64,000 nt of DNA from Anaerolineae bacterium (lineage in GTDB: Bacteria; Chloroflexota; Anaerolineae; Promineifilales; Promineifilaceae), in the NCBI GenBank assembly GCA_023384415.1, contig JAHDWJ010000014.1:43943-107942 (forward strand). Direction: 5' to 3'. The notes below the pieces were generated by a model. It was not told the DNA's origin and did no database searches. It worked only from the letters and a program-made list of their open reading frames with translations. A program made the translations under genes and the position numbers. Positions 1-9,366 of this stretch are shown here, one piece after another (position 1 is the stretch's first letter; every line of letters starts with the position of its first letter).

Positions 1-1
1 T

Positions 2-2512
2 CTGGTAGGACTGTTCTTGTTTGCAGCCGCGGCCTGGATCGGCCTGACTATTTTAGCTGTCCAGGTGGTCTCCTTTGCCCTGGTCGTCTCCTTTGCCCTG
101 CTGCTCCAATTGGGGTTTATCCTTCTGGGGGGACAGGCCGGACGGTTATTTGATGTGCGCCAACTGCGGCAATGTTTCCCCCTCATCGTCACCGGTTTTG
201 TCGTAGGGTTTATCGTTGGGGCTTTACTGGTGCCGTTGTTCGTGCAATGGTTTGGCAGTACGGCTGAGGCCAGCATTGGGTTGCTGCTCACTTCCCTCTT
301 CTGGCTGTTGCTGCTCCTGGTGACTAACCGGTCTTACTACGATGAACTGAGCCTGGGGCCAGAACGCGGCCGCGACAGCAGTCCCAAAACCATCACCCAA
401 CTCCTAAGAAACCGATTTGTCCTGTTCATCTTTCTCTACCAGATGTTAGCCATCGCCATCAACCAGTTGACTGAATTTATGTTGATGAGTCAGGTGGCCG
501 AACGGTACAGCAGCAGCGAAAGCACCGCCCAATTTTTTAGCCGGTTTACCGCCCTGGTCAACGGCACCGATCTGCTTTTTACCACCCTGTTGGCAACCCA
601 TCTGTTGAGCCGTTTTGGCCTAAACCGCGCCCTGTTAGCCAATCCGGCAGCGATGGCTTTGCTGCTATTGGCTTTGGGAGGGGTGTATCTATGGGGGGGT
701 GCGGCCGCGTTTCTCTTTTTCGCCCTGGCCGTCCTTATTCGGGTAGTGATGATCACCCTCAACGATGGCTTCACCCGCACCGCTACCAACATCAGCTACC
801 AGGCCCTACCCCCCCTGGAGCGCGTTCCCGTACAAACCAGTGCTGAAGGGATTGGCGGCCCTCTGGCCTTGGGGTTGACCGGCCTCTTTCTCCTTATTTT
901 TAGCCGGGTTCCCCTCTTTCATACGGGCCACCTTTTGGGTTTGGCTTTGCTTTTAGCCATCGCTTGGGGAGTAGTGGGTTGGTACATGTATCGGGATTAT
1001 GCCAATACCCTACGGCAATCGCTGCGCCGTCGTGTTTTTGATGATACCGAAATTTCCCTGGCTGACAGTGCCAGTATGGCCGTTATCGAGCGGCTGCTCA
1101 ACCGGGATCGCCTCTCTGATGTGCAGTTAGCCCTGGATGTACTGGCCCAGGCTGACCGCCCCGCTTATGAGCGATCTTTATTGCGCCTGCTCATCCATCA
1201 ACAGGCCAATATGCGCCTGGAAGCGGTAAAACGGCTAGAAAGCCGCCCCATCCCTGCCGCTCGCTCTCTGGTGGAAAGCCGCTGGCAAAATGATAGCTCC
1301 TTGATGGTTAAAGGGGGTGCGCTTCGGACTTTGTGTGCTTATGACGGGGAGCAGGGGTTGGATTGGGTAGCCCCATTGATGGAAGACCCCGCCATTGAAA
1401 TTCGTTTGGCAGCCATGGTCGGGATGCTCCGGTATGGTGGCATTGCTGGGGCGATGTTAGCCGGGGAACGGCTGATGACTTTGACCCACTCTCCCCTGGT
1501 GACGGATCGGATCATGGCCGCTCAAGTGATTGAAGGGGTGGGGCAGAATAATTTCTACCAACCCCTCTTGGCGTTGCTGGCTGATAAACGGGTGGATGTC
1601 CGGCTGGCGGCTTTGCTCGCGGCCGCGCACTGCCCTCATCCTCACCTCTTACCCCTGGTGGTAGATAATTTGCGCCAACCGGCGACCCGGTCTGCGGCCG
1701 CGGCCGCTCTCTCCGCCTATGGCGCCACCTTGCTCCCCTTTACTGATGCGGCCTTGAGCGGGCAAGAGCCATTGGAACAGCGGCAGCTAATCCGCCTGGT
1801 GCGGGCTTGTGGTCAGATTAAAGGGGAAGAGAGCATTGCTTTGCTCAAGCAGCACCTTCACTACCCAGATCGGGAGATACGGGGGCAAATCATGTTGTCT
1901 CTGATCCGCTGCGGCTATCGGGCGGTTGGCGAAGAAGTGGGAGGGATCATGGCGGCGATGCGGTCTGAGGTGGCTCATGCGGCTTATGCCCTGGCTGCCT
2001 GGCAAGATGTGGGAGAAGGGGAAGCAACCGCGCCGCTGCGCCGTGCCCTGCTCGAAGAGTGGCAGCAAGCACGACAGCATCTTTTTTATCTGTTGGCTTG
2101 CCTTTATGATAGCCAGGCGATGCTGCGGGCTGGGGAGCGGCTGGTGCGGGGGAATGAAGCAGAATGGGCGTTGGCCCTGGAACTGTTGGATGTGACTTTG
2201 ACGCCGGAACAGAAGGGGTATCTCTTTCCTTTGGCGCGGCCGCAGCTTAGGCCAGAACAGCGGCTGCAACAGTTGATGGGGCGTAATTCTCTGCCCCATT
2301 TATCCCAGGAAGAGCGGCTGCGTCAGCTTATCCTGGGAGGGGAAGAGGCTACCCCTCGTTTGTGGACCCAGGCGTGTGCGGTGTACGCGGCCGCGCAATT
2401 AAACCTGGCTTCTCTCGTCGAACCCATTGCCACCATCCACCACCTGGCTGATTCCCTACTCCTGGAAACAACCACCTGGGCTTTAAATCGTTTCGATAAT
2501 CACGATTCTTAA
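2..2512 (+). CDS. Polytopic membrane (MFS/nucleotide-transporter-like) domain fused to C-terminal HEAT-type repeats; 5' end probably outside the window
   Basis: ORF 17..2512 stays open in the same frame back to base 2. The first ~330 aa are hydrophobic helices. Residues ~360-830 carry repeated HEAT-like motifs (NMRLEAVKRL, EIRLAAMVGML, DVRLAALLAAA, EIRGQIMLSL). Confidence 0.6.
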   Translation: MVGLFLFAAAAWIGLTILAVQVVSFALVVSFALLLQLGFILLGGQAGRLFDVRQLRQCFPLIVTGFVVGFIVGALLVPLFVQWFGSTAEASIGLLLTSLFWLLLLLVTNRSYYDELSLGPERGRDSSPKTITQLLRNRFVLFIFLYQMLAIAINQLTEFMLMSQVAERYSSSESTAQFFSRFTALVNGTDLLFTTLLATHLLSRFGLNRALLANPAAMALLLLALGGVYLWGGAAAFLFFALAVLIRVVMITLNDGFTRTATNISYQALPPLERVPVQTSAEGIGGPLALGLTGLFLLIFSRVPLFHTGHLLGLALLLAIAWGVVGWYMYRDYANTLRQSLRRRVFDDTEISLADSASMAVIERLLNRDRLSDVQLALDVLAQADRPAYERSLLRLLIHQQANMRLEAVKRLESRPIPAARSLVESRWQNDSSLMVKGGALRTLCAYDGEQGLDWVAPLMEDPAIEIRLAAMVGMLRYGGIAGAMLAGERLMTLTHSPLVTDRIMAAQVIEGVGQNNFYQPLLALLADKRVDVRLAALLAAAHCPHPHLLPLVVDNLRQPATRSAAAAALSAYGATLLPFTDAALSGQEPLEQRQLIRLVRACGQIKGEESIALLKQHLHYPDREIRGQIMLSLIRCGYRAVGEEVGGIMAAMRSEVAHAAYALAAWQDVGEGEATAPLRRALLEEWQQARQHLFYLLACLYDSQAMLRAGERLVRGNEAEWALALELLDVTLTPEQKGYLFPLARPQLRPEQRLQQLMGRNSLPHLSQEERLRQLILGGEEATPRLWTQACAVYAAAQLNLASLVEPIATIHHLADSLLLETTTWALNRFDNHDS
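1694..1707. repeat. Overlapping double copy of the iterated palindrome GCGGCCGC (example of ~119 copies)
   Basis: GCGGCCGCGGCCGC read directly; it encodes AAAAA in the first ORF. Identical doubles occur at 13277-13290 and 46741-46754. Confidence 0.95.
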
Positions 2513-2517
2513 CCCCT

Positions 2518-5025
2518 TTATAAAAGGGCTAACTGCGCGGCCGCGATCATCTCGGCTGTCTCTTCTGCTTCAACCAGAGTAGGGGGAGCATTCTCCCATC
2601 TCTGGCTGACCTGCACCACCCCGGTTACCCGATTCGTTCCCCCCAGGCTGATGATCTCACGCGGCGTAATGGAACGGCGACCAATGATACTCTCTTTTAC
2701 CTTTATTTTGCGAGCCGATTCCGTCGCTGTCTTAAAAATAATCTCCTCTTTTTCATTGGCTATAGCAAAAGCCACCACCTCAGAAGCTCCCTTCACCAGC
2801 TTGAAATTTTGCACCCCCTGACCATGGCGCCCCTGCGTGGGATACTCCTCAAGGGGAGTTGCTTTAGCATACCCATTATCACTGATACTCCAGACGAAGC
2901 TGTCCGGTTGGGCCAGATCTAGCCCGATCACCCCATCTGTCTCGGCCTGGAGCTTAATCCCAGCCACCCCTCCCGCGGGCAGCCCCATCGGCCGGACTTC
3001 ATCTTCACGGAACCGTATCAATTGACCGGCGGCTGTGCCTAGCAGTACCTCATTCTCTCCCGTTGTTAATCGGGCCCAACCTAAAGCATCCCCATTCTCT
3101 ATCCGTATGACGGTGAACGGGGTAGTGGTGATGCCGGGTAAATCATCTAGCCGTACCCGCTTCACCACCCCACCCAGAGTGGCCAGAAACAGGTATCCTT
3201 CAGCAGTGGAGGGGAGAGTGAGCGCGGCCGCGACCAAATCCCGCTTACTTAACCCCGTCATATCGGCATAATGGGTACCTTGCCCCAACTCCGTTGCTAA
3301 GGGAAGCTGGTACACCGGTAAACTTACCCCCTGCCCATCCACCGTAAACAGATACAACACATCCTGGGTGCTGGCCTGGAGTAAAGCCAGAGGCAGCTCA
3401 TCTGGTTTAACCGGTACCTTCACCGGAGTGGGAGAGCTGGTGCGGGCGATTGTGCCCTTCTCCCCCACCATTACCCATACCTGCTCATCAGGCAATAAAT
3501 CGGCCTGAGTGATCACCTGGCTGGCCTCTTTATCTACAATTTGGGTGCGGCGCACGTCCCCATACTGCTTTTTGATCGCCAACAACTCTTCCTTGATCAC
3601 CGTCCGCATCTCAGCTGGGGTGGCTAGAATGCGTTGCAAATATTTAATCAGCCGCTGCTTCTCGTCATGCTCATCCTTCAATTTGCGTCGTTCCAGTCCC
3701 ACCAGGCGGCGCAGCGGCATATCCAGCACCGCTTTGGCCTGAAGTTCACTTAGCTTAAATTTCTTCTGCAAATTGGCCTGGGCCGTTTCGGTAGTTTGGG
3801 AGCGGCGAATGGTGTCAATGATGGCATCCAGGTTATCCAGGGCGATAAGCAGCCCTTCTAAAATATGGGCACGTTCCTGGGCTTTCTGTAAATCATAGGC
3901 CGACCGACGACGTACTATTTCCTGCCGATGCTCCAAATAAACGCGCAGGGCCTGTTTCAAATTTAGAACGCGCGGTTCTCCATTGACCAGAGCTAGCAGA
4001 TTAATGCTAAAGGTGGATTGCAGTGGGGTCAGTTGGAACAATTGGGCTAAAATGTCCTCTACTTTAGCCCCCCGTGCCGTCTCCAGGATAATCCGCATCC
4101 CGTTGCGGTCTGATTCATCTCGTAAATCGGTCAGCCCTTCAATCCGGTTGTCCCGGTGCAGATCGGCGATGCGTTCCAACATGTTGGCGATGTTGGTCTG
4201 GTAAGGCAGTTCCGTGATGACGATGCGGGATTTGTTGCGCTCAATTTGCTCCACATGAACTTTGGCCCGAACGGTAATCGCCCCTTTGCCGGTAGCGTAG
4301 GCGTTGGCGATGGCATCGGTTTCCCCCGTTTTGGTATCCCGGTAGCGGAAGATGAGGCCGCCGGTGGGAAAATCAGGCCCTTTGACGAACTGGAGCAAAT
4401 CGGCCACTGTGACATCATCCAGATTGTCCCAATGGTCAAGCAGGTGGGTAAGCGCGTCTATGATTTCGCCCAGGTTGTGGGGGGGAACGCTGGTAGCCAT
4501 ACCGACGGCGATCCCAGAGGCCCCGTTGACGAGCAGGTTAGGGATGGTGGCGGGTAAAACGGTTGGCTCTTTGAGGGAGTCATCAAAGTTGGGGCCGAAG
4601 TTGACGGTGTTTTTTTCAATGTCGTCAAGCAGGGCATGGCCCAGGTTAGACATACGAGCTTCGGTGTAACGCATGGCCGCGGCCGCGTCCCCGTCAATGG
4701 AGCCAAAGTTGCCCTGCCCTTCCACCAGCATGTAGCGCAAAGAAAAATCTTGAGCCATGCGCACCATGGCATCATAAACCGATTGGTCGCCATGGGGGTG
4801 GTATTTACCCAGCACTTCTCCAACGACACGGGCTGATTTGCGATACGGCTGGTTGGGGCGCAAGCCCATATCATACATGGCGTATAAAATGCGTCGCTGC
4901 ACCGGTTTCAGGCCATCTCGTGCATCGGGGAGGGCACGGGAGACGATAACGCTCATGGCATAGCTTAGATACGATTCGCGCATCTCGTGGTCAATATCAA
5001 TTGGGCGAATAAGTCCGACTTCCAT
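2518..5025 (-). CDS. gyrA: DNA gyrase subunit A
   Basis: [58 protein letters not shown] and the AAMRYTE active-site region, plus C-terminal beta-pinwheel repeats. ATG at 5025 chosen because the conserved N-terminus starts there; the 28 upstream ORF codons lie in a heptamer repeat block. Confidence 0.95.
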   Translation of the reverse strand: MEVGLIRPIDIDHEMRESYLSYAMSVIVSRALPDARDGLKPVQRRILYAMYDMGLRPNQPYRKSARVVGEVLGKYHPHGDQSVYDAMVRMAQDFSLRYMLVEGQGNFGSIDGDAAAAMRYTEARMSNLGHALLDDIEKNTVNFGPNFDDSLKEPTVLPATIPNLLVNGASGIAVGMATSVPPHNLGEIIDALTHLLDHWDNLDDVTVADLLQFVKGPDFPTGGLIFRYRDTKTGETDAIANAYATGKGAITVRAKVHVEQIERNKSRIVITELPYQTNIANMLERIADLHRDNRIEGLTDLRDESDRNGMRIILETARGAKVEDILAQLFQLTPLQSTFSINLLALVNGEPRVLNLKQALRVYLEHRQEIVRRRSAYDLQKAQERAHILEGLLIALDNLDAIIDTIRRSQTTETAQANLQKKFKLSELQAKAVLDMPLRRLVGLERRKLKDEHDEKQRLIKYLQRILATPAEMRTVIKEELLAIKKQYGDVRRTQIVDKEASQVITQADLLPDEQVWVMVGEKGTIARTSSPTPVKVPVKPDELPLALLQASTQDVLYLFTVDGQGVSLPVYQLPLATELGQGTHYADMTGLSKRDLVAAALTLPSTAEGYLFLATLGGVVKRVRLDDLPGITTTPFTVIRIENGDALGWARLTTGENEVLLGTAAGQLIRFREDEVRPMGLPAGGVAGIKLQAETDGVIGLDLAQPDSFVWSISDNGYAKATPLEEYPTQGRHGQGVQNFKLVKGASEVVAFAIANEKEEIIFKTATESARKIKVKESIIGRRSITPREIISLGGTNRVTGVVQVSQRWENAPPTLVEAEETAEMIAAAQLALL

Positions 5026-5036
5026 AGGGTGATCCA

Positions 5037-5078
5037 GTTTTAATTTCGAGTTTTGAGTTTCTGATTTTGAATTTGGGG
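5037..5078 (-). repeat. Heptamer tandem-repeat block (A-type, AAAnTCn) immediately 5' of the gyrA start
   Basis: Gene-sense reading: AAATTCA AAATCAG AAACTCA AAACTCG AAATTAA AACTGGA TCACCCT ATG. Confidence 0.8.
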
Positions 5079-5261
5079 TGGTAAGGTGAAAGGTTGGACG
5101 CGGCTGCAATGATAGAACATTTGTCCGATTATTTCAACCCAAATTTCACCGGTAATTTCCCCTCTTGCGGCCCACTACCCACAAAAAAGTAGGGTGCAGA
5201 CCCCTGCAACCCTACTTTGATACCTGTATACAGCCAAACAAGCAAATGGGCAAATGGGGAG

Positions 5262-5302
5262 TGGTGACTGGAGACTGGCCCACTGCCAACTGGTCACTAC
5301 CC
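5262..5302. repeat. Heptamer tandem-repeat block (D/E-type)
   Basis: GTGACTG GAGACTG GCCCACT GCCAACT GGTCACT, directly 3' of the Rieske gene stop. Confidence 0.7.
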
Positions 5303-5303
5303 C

Positions 5304-5627
5304 CTACTCATCCGGCGATTCCACCCAAATTTCATCCCCTTCAATCTTGACGGTGAAGGTGGGGACGGGTTTGACAGCGGGCATAGCCAACGCTTCCCCG
5401 GTACGAACGTCAAAAATGGCCCCATGACGGGGGCAGTGGATTTCACAATTACGGGCATCAAAAGTGCCATCTCCAAGCGGCCCATCATCATGGGTACACC
5501 GGTCAGCAACACAGTAAAGGGTGCCATTGACATTAAAAATGACAACCGTCTCATCGGCAAAATCATACCAGATGCGTTCCCCTGGGGGGACATCGGCCAG
5601 GTTGGCTACTTTAACAAACTTGGTCAT
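5304..5627 (-). CDS. Small Rieske [2Fe-2S] domain protein (NirD/ferredoxin-like)
   Basis: 107 aa. CTHDDGPL ... CPRHGAIF matches the CxH...CxxH Rieske motif. Confidence 0.8.
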   Translation of the reverse strand: MTKFVKVANLADVPPGERIWYDFADETVVIFNVNGTLYCVADRCTHDDGPLGDGTFDARNCEIHCPRHGAIFDVRTGEALAMPAVKPVPTFTVKIEGDEIWVESPDE

Positions 5628-5658
5628 TGTTTACTTCTCCGCCTTTTATTGTCTTCTG

Positions 5659-5751
5659 GTAACTACTAAACCTTCCGAAGGCTTCCCCACTGGGGATCAT
5701 TGGCAACGAAACCTGCGGAAGGTTATATCACCTGAGAGGGTTAGTAGTTAC
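5659..5751. repeat. Family-1 hairpin element, copy A (degenerate)
   Basis: Inner palindromes AAACCTTCCGAAGGCTT (5668-5684) and GAAACCTGCGGAAGGTTAT (5708-5726), 40 nt apart. An outer 11-bp inverted repeat is present: GTAACTACTAA (5659-5669) / TTAGTAGTTAC (5741-5751). Confidence 0.7.
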
Positions 5752-5760
5752 AGATTTCGG

Positions 5761-6156
5761 TTATTTTCGCATTAGCTCCGGCTCTGGCAGGCCATAAGCT
5801 CCGGCTTTTAATACCTTGAGGGAAAGTAGGGCACATTTCACCCGTGCCATACTCAGAGGAACCCCTAACAGGTCTAAGAGCCGCTCCTTAGGAAATTCCC
5901 GCACTTCGGTCAGGGTCATGCCTTTGATTTCCTCACTCAATAATGAGGCTGAGGCTTGACTGATAGCACAACCATCTCCCCCCCAGGCTACTTCCACGAC
6001 GCGCCCCTGCTCATCTAAACGGACATCCATGCGTATCACATCACCACAAAGGGGATTGTCCTCTTCGTAGGAAAATGTAGCTTTGGTTAAGGAACCATGA
6101 TTCAGAGGGTGTTGGAACAGATCAATGATTTGTTCCCGGTACATATCATCACTCAT
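5761..6156 (-). CDS. SufU/IscU-type Fe-S cluster assembly scaffold
   Basis: NPLCGDVIRMDV, GDGCAISQASASL and RVKCALL supply the three conserved Cys. A GGAGGTG Shine-Dalgarno lies just upstream of ATG 6156; the longer ORF N-terminus is probably not translated. Confidence 0.8.
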   Translation of the reverse strand: MSDDMYREQIIDLFQHPLNHGSLTKATFSYEEDNPLCGDVIRMDVRLDEQGRVVEVAWGGDGCAISQASASLLSEEIKGMTLTEVREFPKERLLDLLGVPLSMARVKCALLSLKVLKAGAYGLPEPELMRK

Positions 6157-6311
6157 AAGCACCTCCAACGGTGCTTTATTGTACCCTGAATAGGGGCAAC
6201 AGGGGCAATAAAAAAGGGGATTGGGAATTTTATATCCCAATCCCCCGGAGTATGGTCAGGCTGCAAAATCAGAACGGCTCAAAGTTTGTGGCTTGAACTA
6301 CTCAGGATTGT

Positions 6312-8228
6312 TTAACGCCCGCGGCCGCGGCCATTGCCATTGCCATTATTGCCATTGCCGTTGCCATTATTGCCGTTGCCATTGCCGTTACCATTACCAT
6401 TGCCATTGCCATTGCCGTTGCCGTTACCATTATTGCCATTGCCACCGCCTCCCCCGTTATTCGGGCAGGGGCCGAGGGTATCCCCATGGGCCAGATGAGC
6501 GGAGAGCGCGGCCGCACCTACAGTTATGGTGTGAGCATTATTGGGGTTGCCTGGCGGGATGTGACAAATGGTTACCATGCCCCCATTTCCTGGTGTCGGC
6601 ATAGGCGTCATTGTTGCCGGTACGGTGGGTGTCGCCGTAATGGTTGGGGTTACGGTGATCGGTGGGGTCACTGTGATGGGTGGTGTCACCGTAATGGTCG
6701 GGGTTGGCGTAATGGTGCTGGTGGGGGTAACTGTTGGTGTACCATTGACGCATGGGCCGAGAACATCCCCATGGGCAAGATGGGCACGGACTGCGGCCGC
6801 GCCTACAGTAATCGTATGGGCATTACCCGGGTTGCCAGGTGGGTAATGGCACAATGTCACCAAACCCCCACTGCCTGGTGTTACCGTAACCGTCACCGGG
6901 ATCGTCGGCGATGGGGTGGGGGTTGGTTCGCCCGGTGGATCTGCCAGGACAATAAGAATGAGCACCACCACATTACCCGCATCATCCGTGCAGGTGATGA
7001 GCAGTACCGGTGCGCCAACAGCCGGTGTCCCTTCCAGTAGAGTCAAATCATTCAGGTTGACAACTGTGCCATTTTCCAGGGTAATTTTCTCCTCATCAAT
7101 AGCCACGATGACCGAAGCTACAGTGACACAGGTGAGATCATCGGGCTGAAAAGCTGTCGGCCCACCCGTGAAAGTGTCTCCTAAAAAGGTACCCGGCGTT
7201 CGTTCGGGACTGATGAAATCAACCAAATAATAGCCGTCAGGAGAGATATGCCCTTCCAGATAAACGGTATCACCAGTATGGATCTTTCCAGCTACCTGGG
7301 TGTCACTGTGAGTAAAAAAGGTTTGTCCGGCCAGGTAATAGCTGTCGGGTTGGACGATGACTGTCCCCTCACCAGTAACCACGAAGGCTGGAGTTTGGGG
7401 AGCTTGCCCTGAATGGACAAGGCTCATCTTACCGGCTGAAATCGCTTGTTTGCCGGTTTGTCCGCTCAGCTCTACCAGCCCTTCAACCACGCTCACTCGT
7501 GTTTGGTTGGCGGCCGCAACCATCACCGCGAAAATAGTTCCCTTGGCCGTACTGATCCCATTGGGAGTTTCCACTTCATAGACTGAGTTAGCGGCCAAAA
7601 CGTGGGCTACATCGTGGCGGGTTTCTCCCGACCCTTGAGCTAAGCGCACCACTCGCTCTCCTTGCGTAACGGTCAGTTCTGTTACCCAAAGCTCCGTATT
7701 GGGGCCGAGGTAAACCAGAGAGCCATCGGGCAAGGCCAGCAAGGCTTTGCCATTGGCCCCGGTACGAATATGTTCACCGACCTGAATAGATGTTGCCTGG
7801 GAGATGGTAGCCCAATTGCCATCGCGCTGCAGCTCAACGACCCCAGTCAGCCGGTTGAGGACTGTACTGCTGGCGACCGTCTGGCCGCGGAAATAGGCTG
7901 CGGAGCCGATAGCGGTTACTACCAGACATAGAAAGAGGAAGGCGGCGGCAAAGGAAAAGCCAATCGCCGGTAGGGCCCAACGGGGGCGGGAAGTGAGGGC
8001 AGAATTGTTGTTCATATGTTGCTCCTTTTGCACCTGTTGTATTAGCTGCATACGCTGCTGTTGCTTGATTTGGGGGTTCCGGGCCGGATATTCCATCTGG
8101 CGCAACGATGCGGCTAAAGCCAACAATTCGGCTTCTTCGGGGGGCAGCCCCTGCTGACACGCAACCAGGGGTACCCCTGTTTCTAACTGTTCTAACTGTT
8201 CCTGGAGTAATTGTTCGGGCGGTTTCAT
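6312..8228 (-). CDS. Anti-sigma factor-like membrane protein with FecR-like domain, T/P-rich linkers, two Cys/His-rich 38-aa repeats and a poly(Gly-Asn) tail
   Basis: ATGA overlap with the upstream ECF sigma gene. One TM segment (ALPAIGFSFAAAFLFLCLVVTAIG) and a FecR-like stretch (GEHIRTGANGKALLALPDGSLVYLGPNTELWV). Repeats: CHYPPGNPGNAHTITVGAAAVRAHLAHGDVLGPC and CHIPPGNPNNAHTITVGAAALSAHLAHGDTLGPC. Confidence 0.7.
   Translation of the reverse strand: MKPPEQLLQEQLEQLETGVPLVACQQGLPPEEAELLALAASLRQMEYPARNPQIKQQQRMQLIQQVQKEQHMNNNSALTSRPRWALPAIGFSFAAAFLFLCLVVTAIGSAAYFRGQTVASSTVLNRLTGVVELQRDGNWATISQATSIQVGEHIRTGANGKALLALPDGSLVYLGPNTELWVTELTVTQGERVVRLAQGSGETRHDVAHVLAANSVYEVETPNGISTAKGTIFAVMVAAANQTRVSVVEGLVELSGQTGKQAISAGKMSLVHSGQAPQTPAFVVTGEGTVIVQPDSYYLAGQTFFTHSDTQVAGKIHTGDTVYLEGHISPDGYYLVDFISPERTPGTFLGDTFTGGPTAFQPDDLTCVTVASVIVAIDEEKITLENGTVVNLNDLTLLEGTPAVGAPVLLITCTDDAGNVVVLILIVLADPPGEPTPTPSPTIPVTVTVTPGSGGLVTLCHYPPGNPGNAHTITVGAAAVRAHLAHGDVLGPCVNGTPTVTPTSTITPTPTITVTPPITVTPPITVTPTITATPTVPATMTPMPTPGNGGMVTICHIPPGNPNNAHTITVGAAALSAHLAHGDTLGPCPNNGGGGGNGNNGNGNGNGNGNGNGNGNGNGNNGNGNGNNGNGNGRGRGR
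6330..6443. repeat. Hexanucleotide microsatellite (GCCATT/GCCGTT)x~19 encoding the (Asn-Gly)n C-terminal tail
   Basis: gccattgccattgccattattgccattgccgttgcc... read directly; translated on the minus strand it gives NGNGNG... Confidence 0.85.
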
Positions 8229-8833
8229 GGGCTAACCTCATGGGAAGGCAAAGGGGTAAATGGCGCTCGTCCATTAGCGATAGGTCTGTTTTGCAGCTGT
8301 ATACGCAGGGCGGACAGTCCCCGATGTTGTAAGGCTTTGACGGCAGCAACGGTTTTGTTGAGGGCTGCGGCCGCGTCCTTGAGGGATAGTCCCGCCAGAA
8401 AACGCAGTTCCACTACTTCTCGCTGGTCTGGGTCCAGACTGTCCATCGCTTGTTGCACCAGTTCAATGGTCAAATTTTTATGCACCGTTTCATCAGGATG
8501 ATCCGCCGGATCAGCCGCTTCGTTGGCTTGCTCAAGGGGTAAAGTGTGCCGGCTTTTATCTTGACGATAATTATCAATGATCAGGTTTTGGGCGATGCGA
8601 TAAAGCCAGGCGCGAAAAGGTAGATTGCGGTCTTGATAGCGAGGCAAATCTCGGATCATGCGCATAAACACCTCCCCGGTTAAATCTTCGGCCAGACCAT
8701 GATCCCGTACTCGAACCCAGACAAAGCGAAAAATCGCTTCCTGGTGGTTATCAAAAAGAAGCCCGGCGGCCGCAGGGTCTCCTTTTTGGGCTCTCTTAAT
8801 GATGGTAGTTTCGGGCAAACCAAACACAAGCAT
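8225..8833 (-). CDS. ECF-type RNA polymerase sigma-70 family factor
   Basis: 202 aa with region-2 (FRFVWVRVRDHGLAEDLTGEVFMRM, YRIAQNLIIDNYR) and region-4 (REVVELRFLAGLSLKDAAAALNKTVAAVKALQHRGLSALR) signatures. Its stop overlaps the anti-sigma start. Confidence 0.9.
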   Translation of the reverse strand: MLVFGLPETTIIKRAQKGDPAAAGLLFDNHQEAIFRFVWVRVRDHGLAEDLTGEVFMRMIRDLPRYQDRNLPFRAWLYRIAQNLIIDNYRQDKSRHTLPLEQANEAADPADHPDETVHKNLTIELVQQAMDSLDPDQREVVELRFLAGLSLKDAAAALNKTVAAVKALQHRGLSALRIQLQNRPIANGRAPFTPLPSHEVSP

Positions 8834-9197
8834 CCTTCTTGGTTCTGGCTGGTGGTTTTTCTATAAAGGTTAAACGGCAGAAGACGCAAAAGGATGCAAA
8901 TTAGGAGCTTAGTACCGTTTAGATTGCTGCGCCTTTACCGTTGACTGGGGGGTTCTCGACGACCACTGCCAGAGTAATTCACCCTTTTATCTTGTCCAAT
9001 CAATCAGCAAAATTCTACTGGCTATTGCCAAACGTGCGACCCTGCGTTATCCTTAGAAACGTATGAGTTACTTCAACGTGAGCAAATTCTCTATTTTCCA
9101 AGCGGCTGTGATGTCAGGGACGACGGTGCGTTCTATTAAACGCGCCTCGCTCACGGATTTTATGTAAAGTAACCAACCCATAAAACCCCCAAAATGA

Positions 9198-9230
9198 AAG
9201 CCGAGGTGCATCTGCATCTCGGCTTTTTTG
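9198..9230 (+). terminator. Intrinsic terminator-like hairpin, orphan, upstream of the ABC-F gene
   Basis: AGCCGAG (9199-9205), 12-nt loop, CTCGGCT (9218-9224), followed by TTTTTTG. No annotated + strand gene ends here. Confidence 0.6.
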
Positions 9231-9233
9231 TTT

Positions 9234-9290
9234 GGGGAACTCGTAGGAAATTAAGGGAACTTGTAGGAATAATGGTAACGGATGGTAATT
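9234..9290. repeat. Short tandem repeats (about 19-nt unit x2, then heptamers) in the ABC-F leader
   Basis: GGGGAACTCGTAGGAAATTAA / GGGAACTTGTAGGAATAA, then TGGTAAC GGATGGTAAT. Confidence 0.6.
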
Positions 9291-9366
9291 GTTTCTCATC
9301 GGTGTTTCTTCCTATCCAGGTTCCATATTATCCGTATTGTCAAGCTATTTTGGAAGGAGCAACGTA

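Noticed and set aside
5026-5109. N-terminal extensions of track ORFs (gyrA 5026-5109, permease 27060-27134, acyl-CoA synthetase 52059-52133, tetR 22727-22786, SufU-like 6157-6240, STAS 32510-32599).
   Set aside because: The extensions run through repeat blocks, hairpins or MITE-like elements. Conserved protein N-termini and, in several cases, clear SD sequences support the internal starts.
6221-6604. A 127-aa + strand ORF rich in Cys/His (CHCHYCHCRCHY...), and several other long ORFs antisense to real genes (e.g. 1787-2299, 4156-4557, 11237-11947, 28049-28738, 35421-36020).
   Set aside because: They are shadow frames of the hexanucleotide repeat or of strongly supported genes on the opposite strand. 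They show no recognisable motifs and no ribosome-binding sites.
8834-8960. An ECF-type autoregulated promoter (GGAAC-n16-CGTC) upstream of the sigma factor gene.
   Set aside because: I could not find a convincing -35/-10 pair with correct spacing, only isolated GAACC and CGTCT strings.
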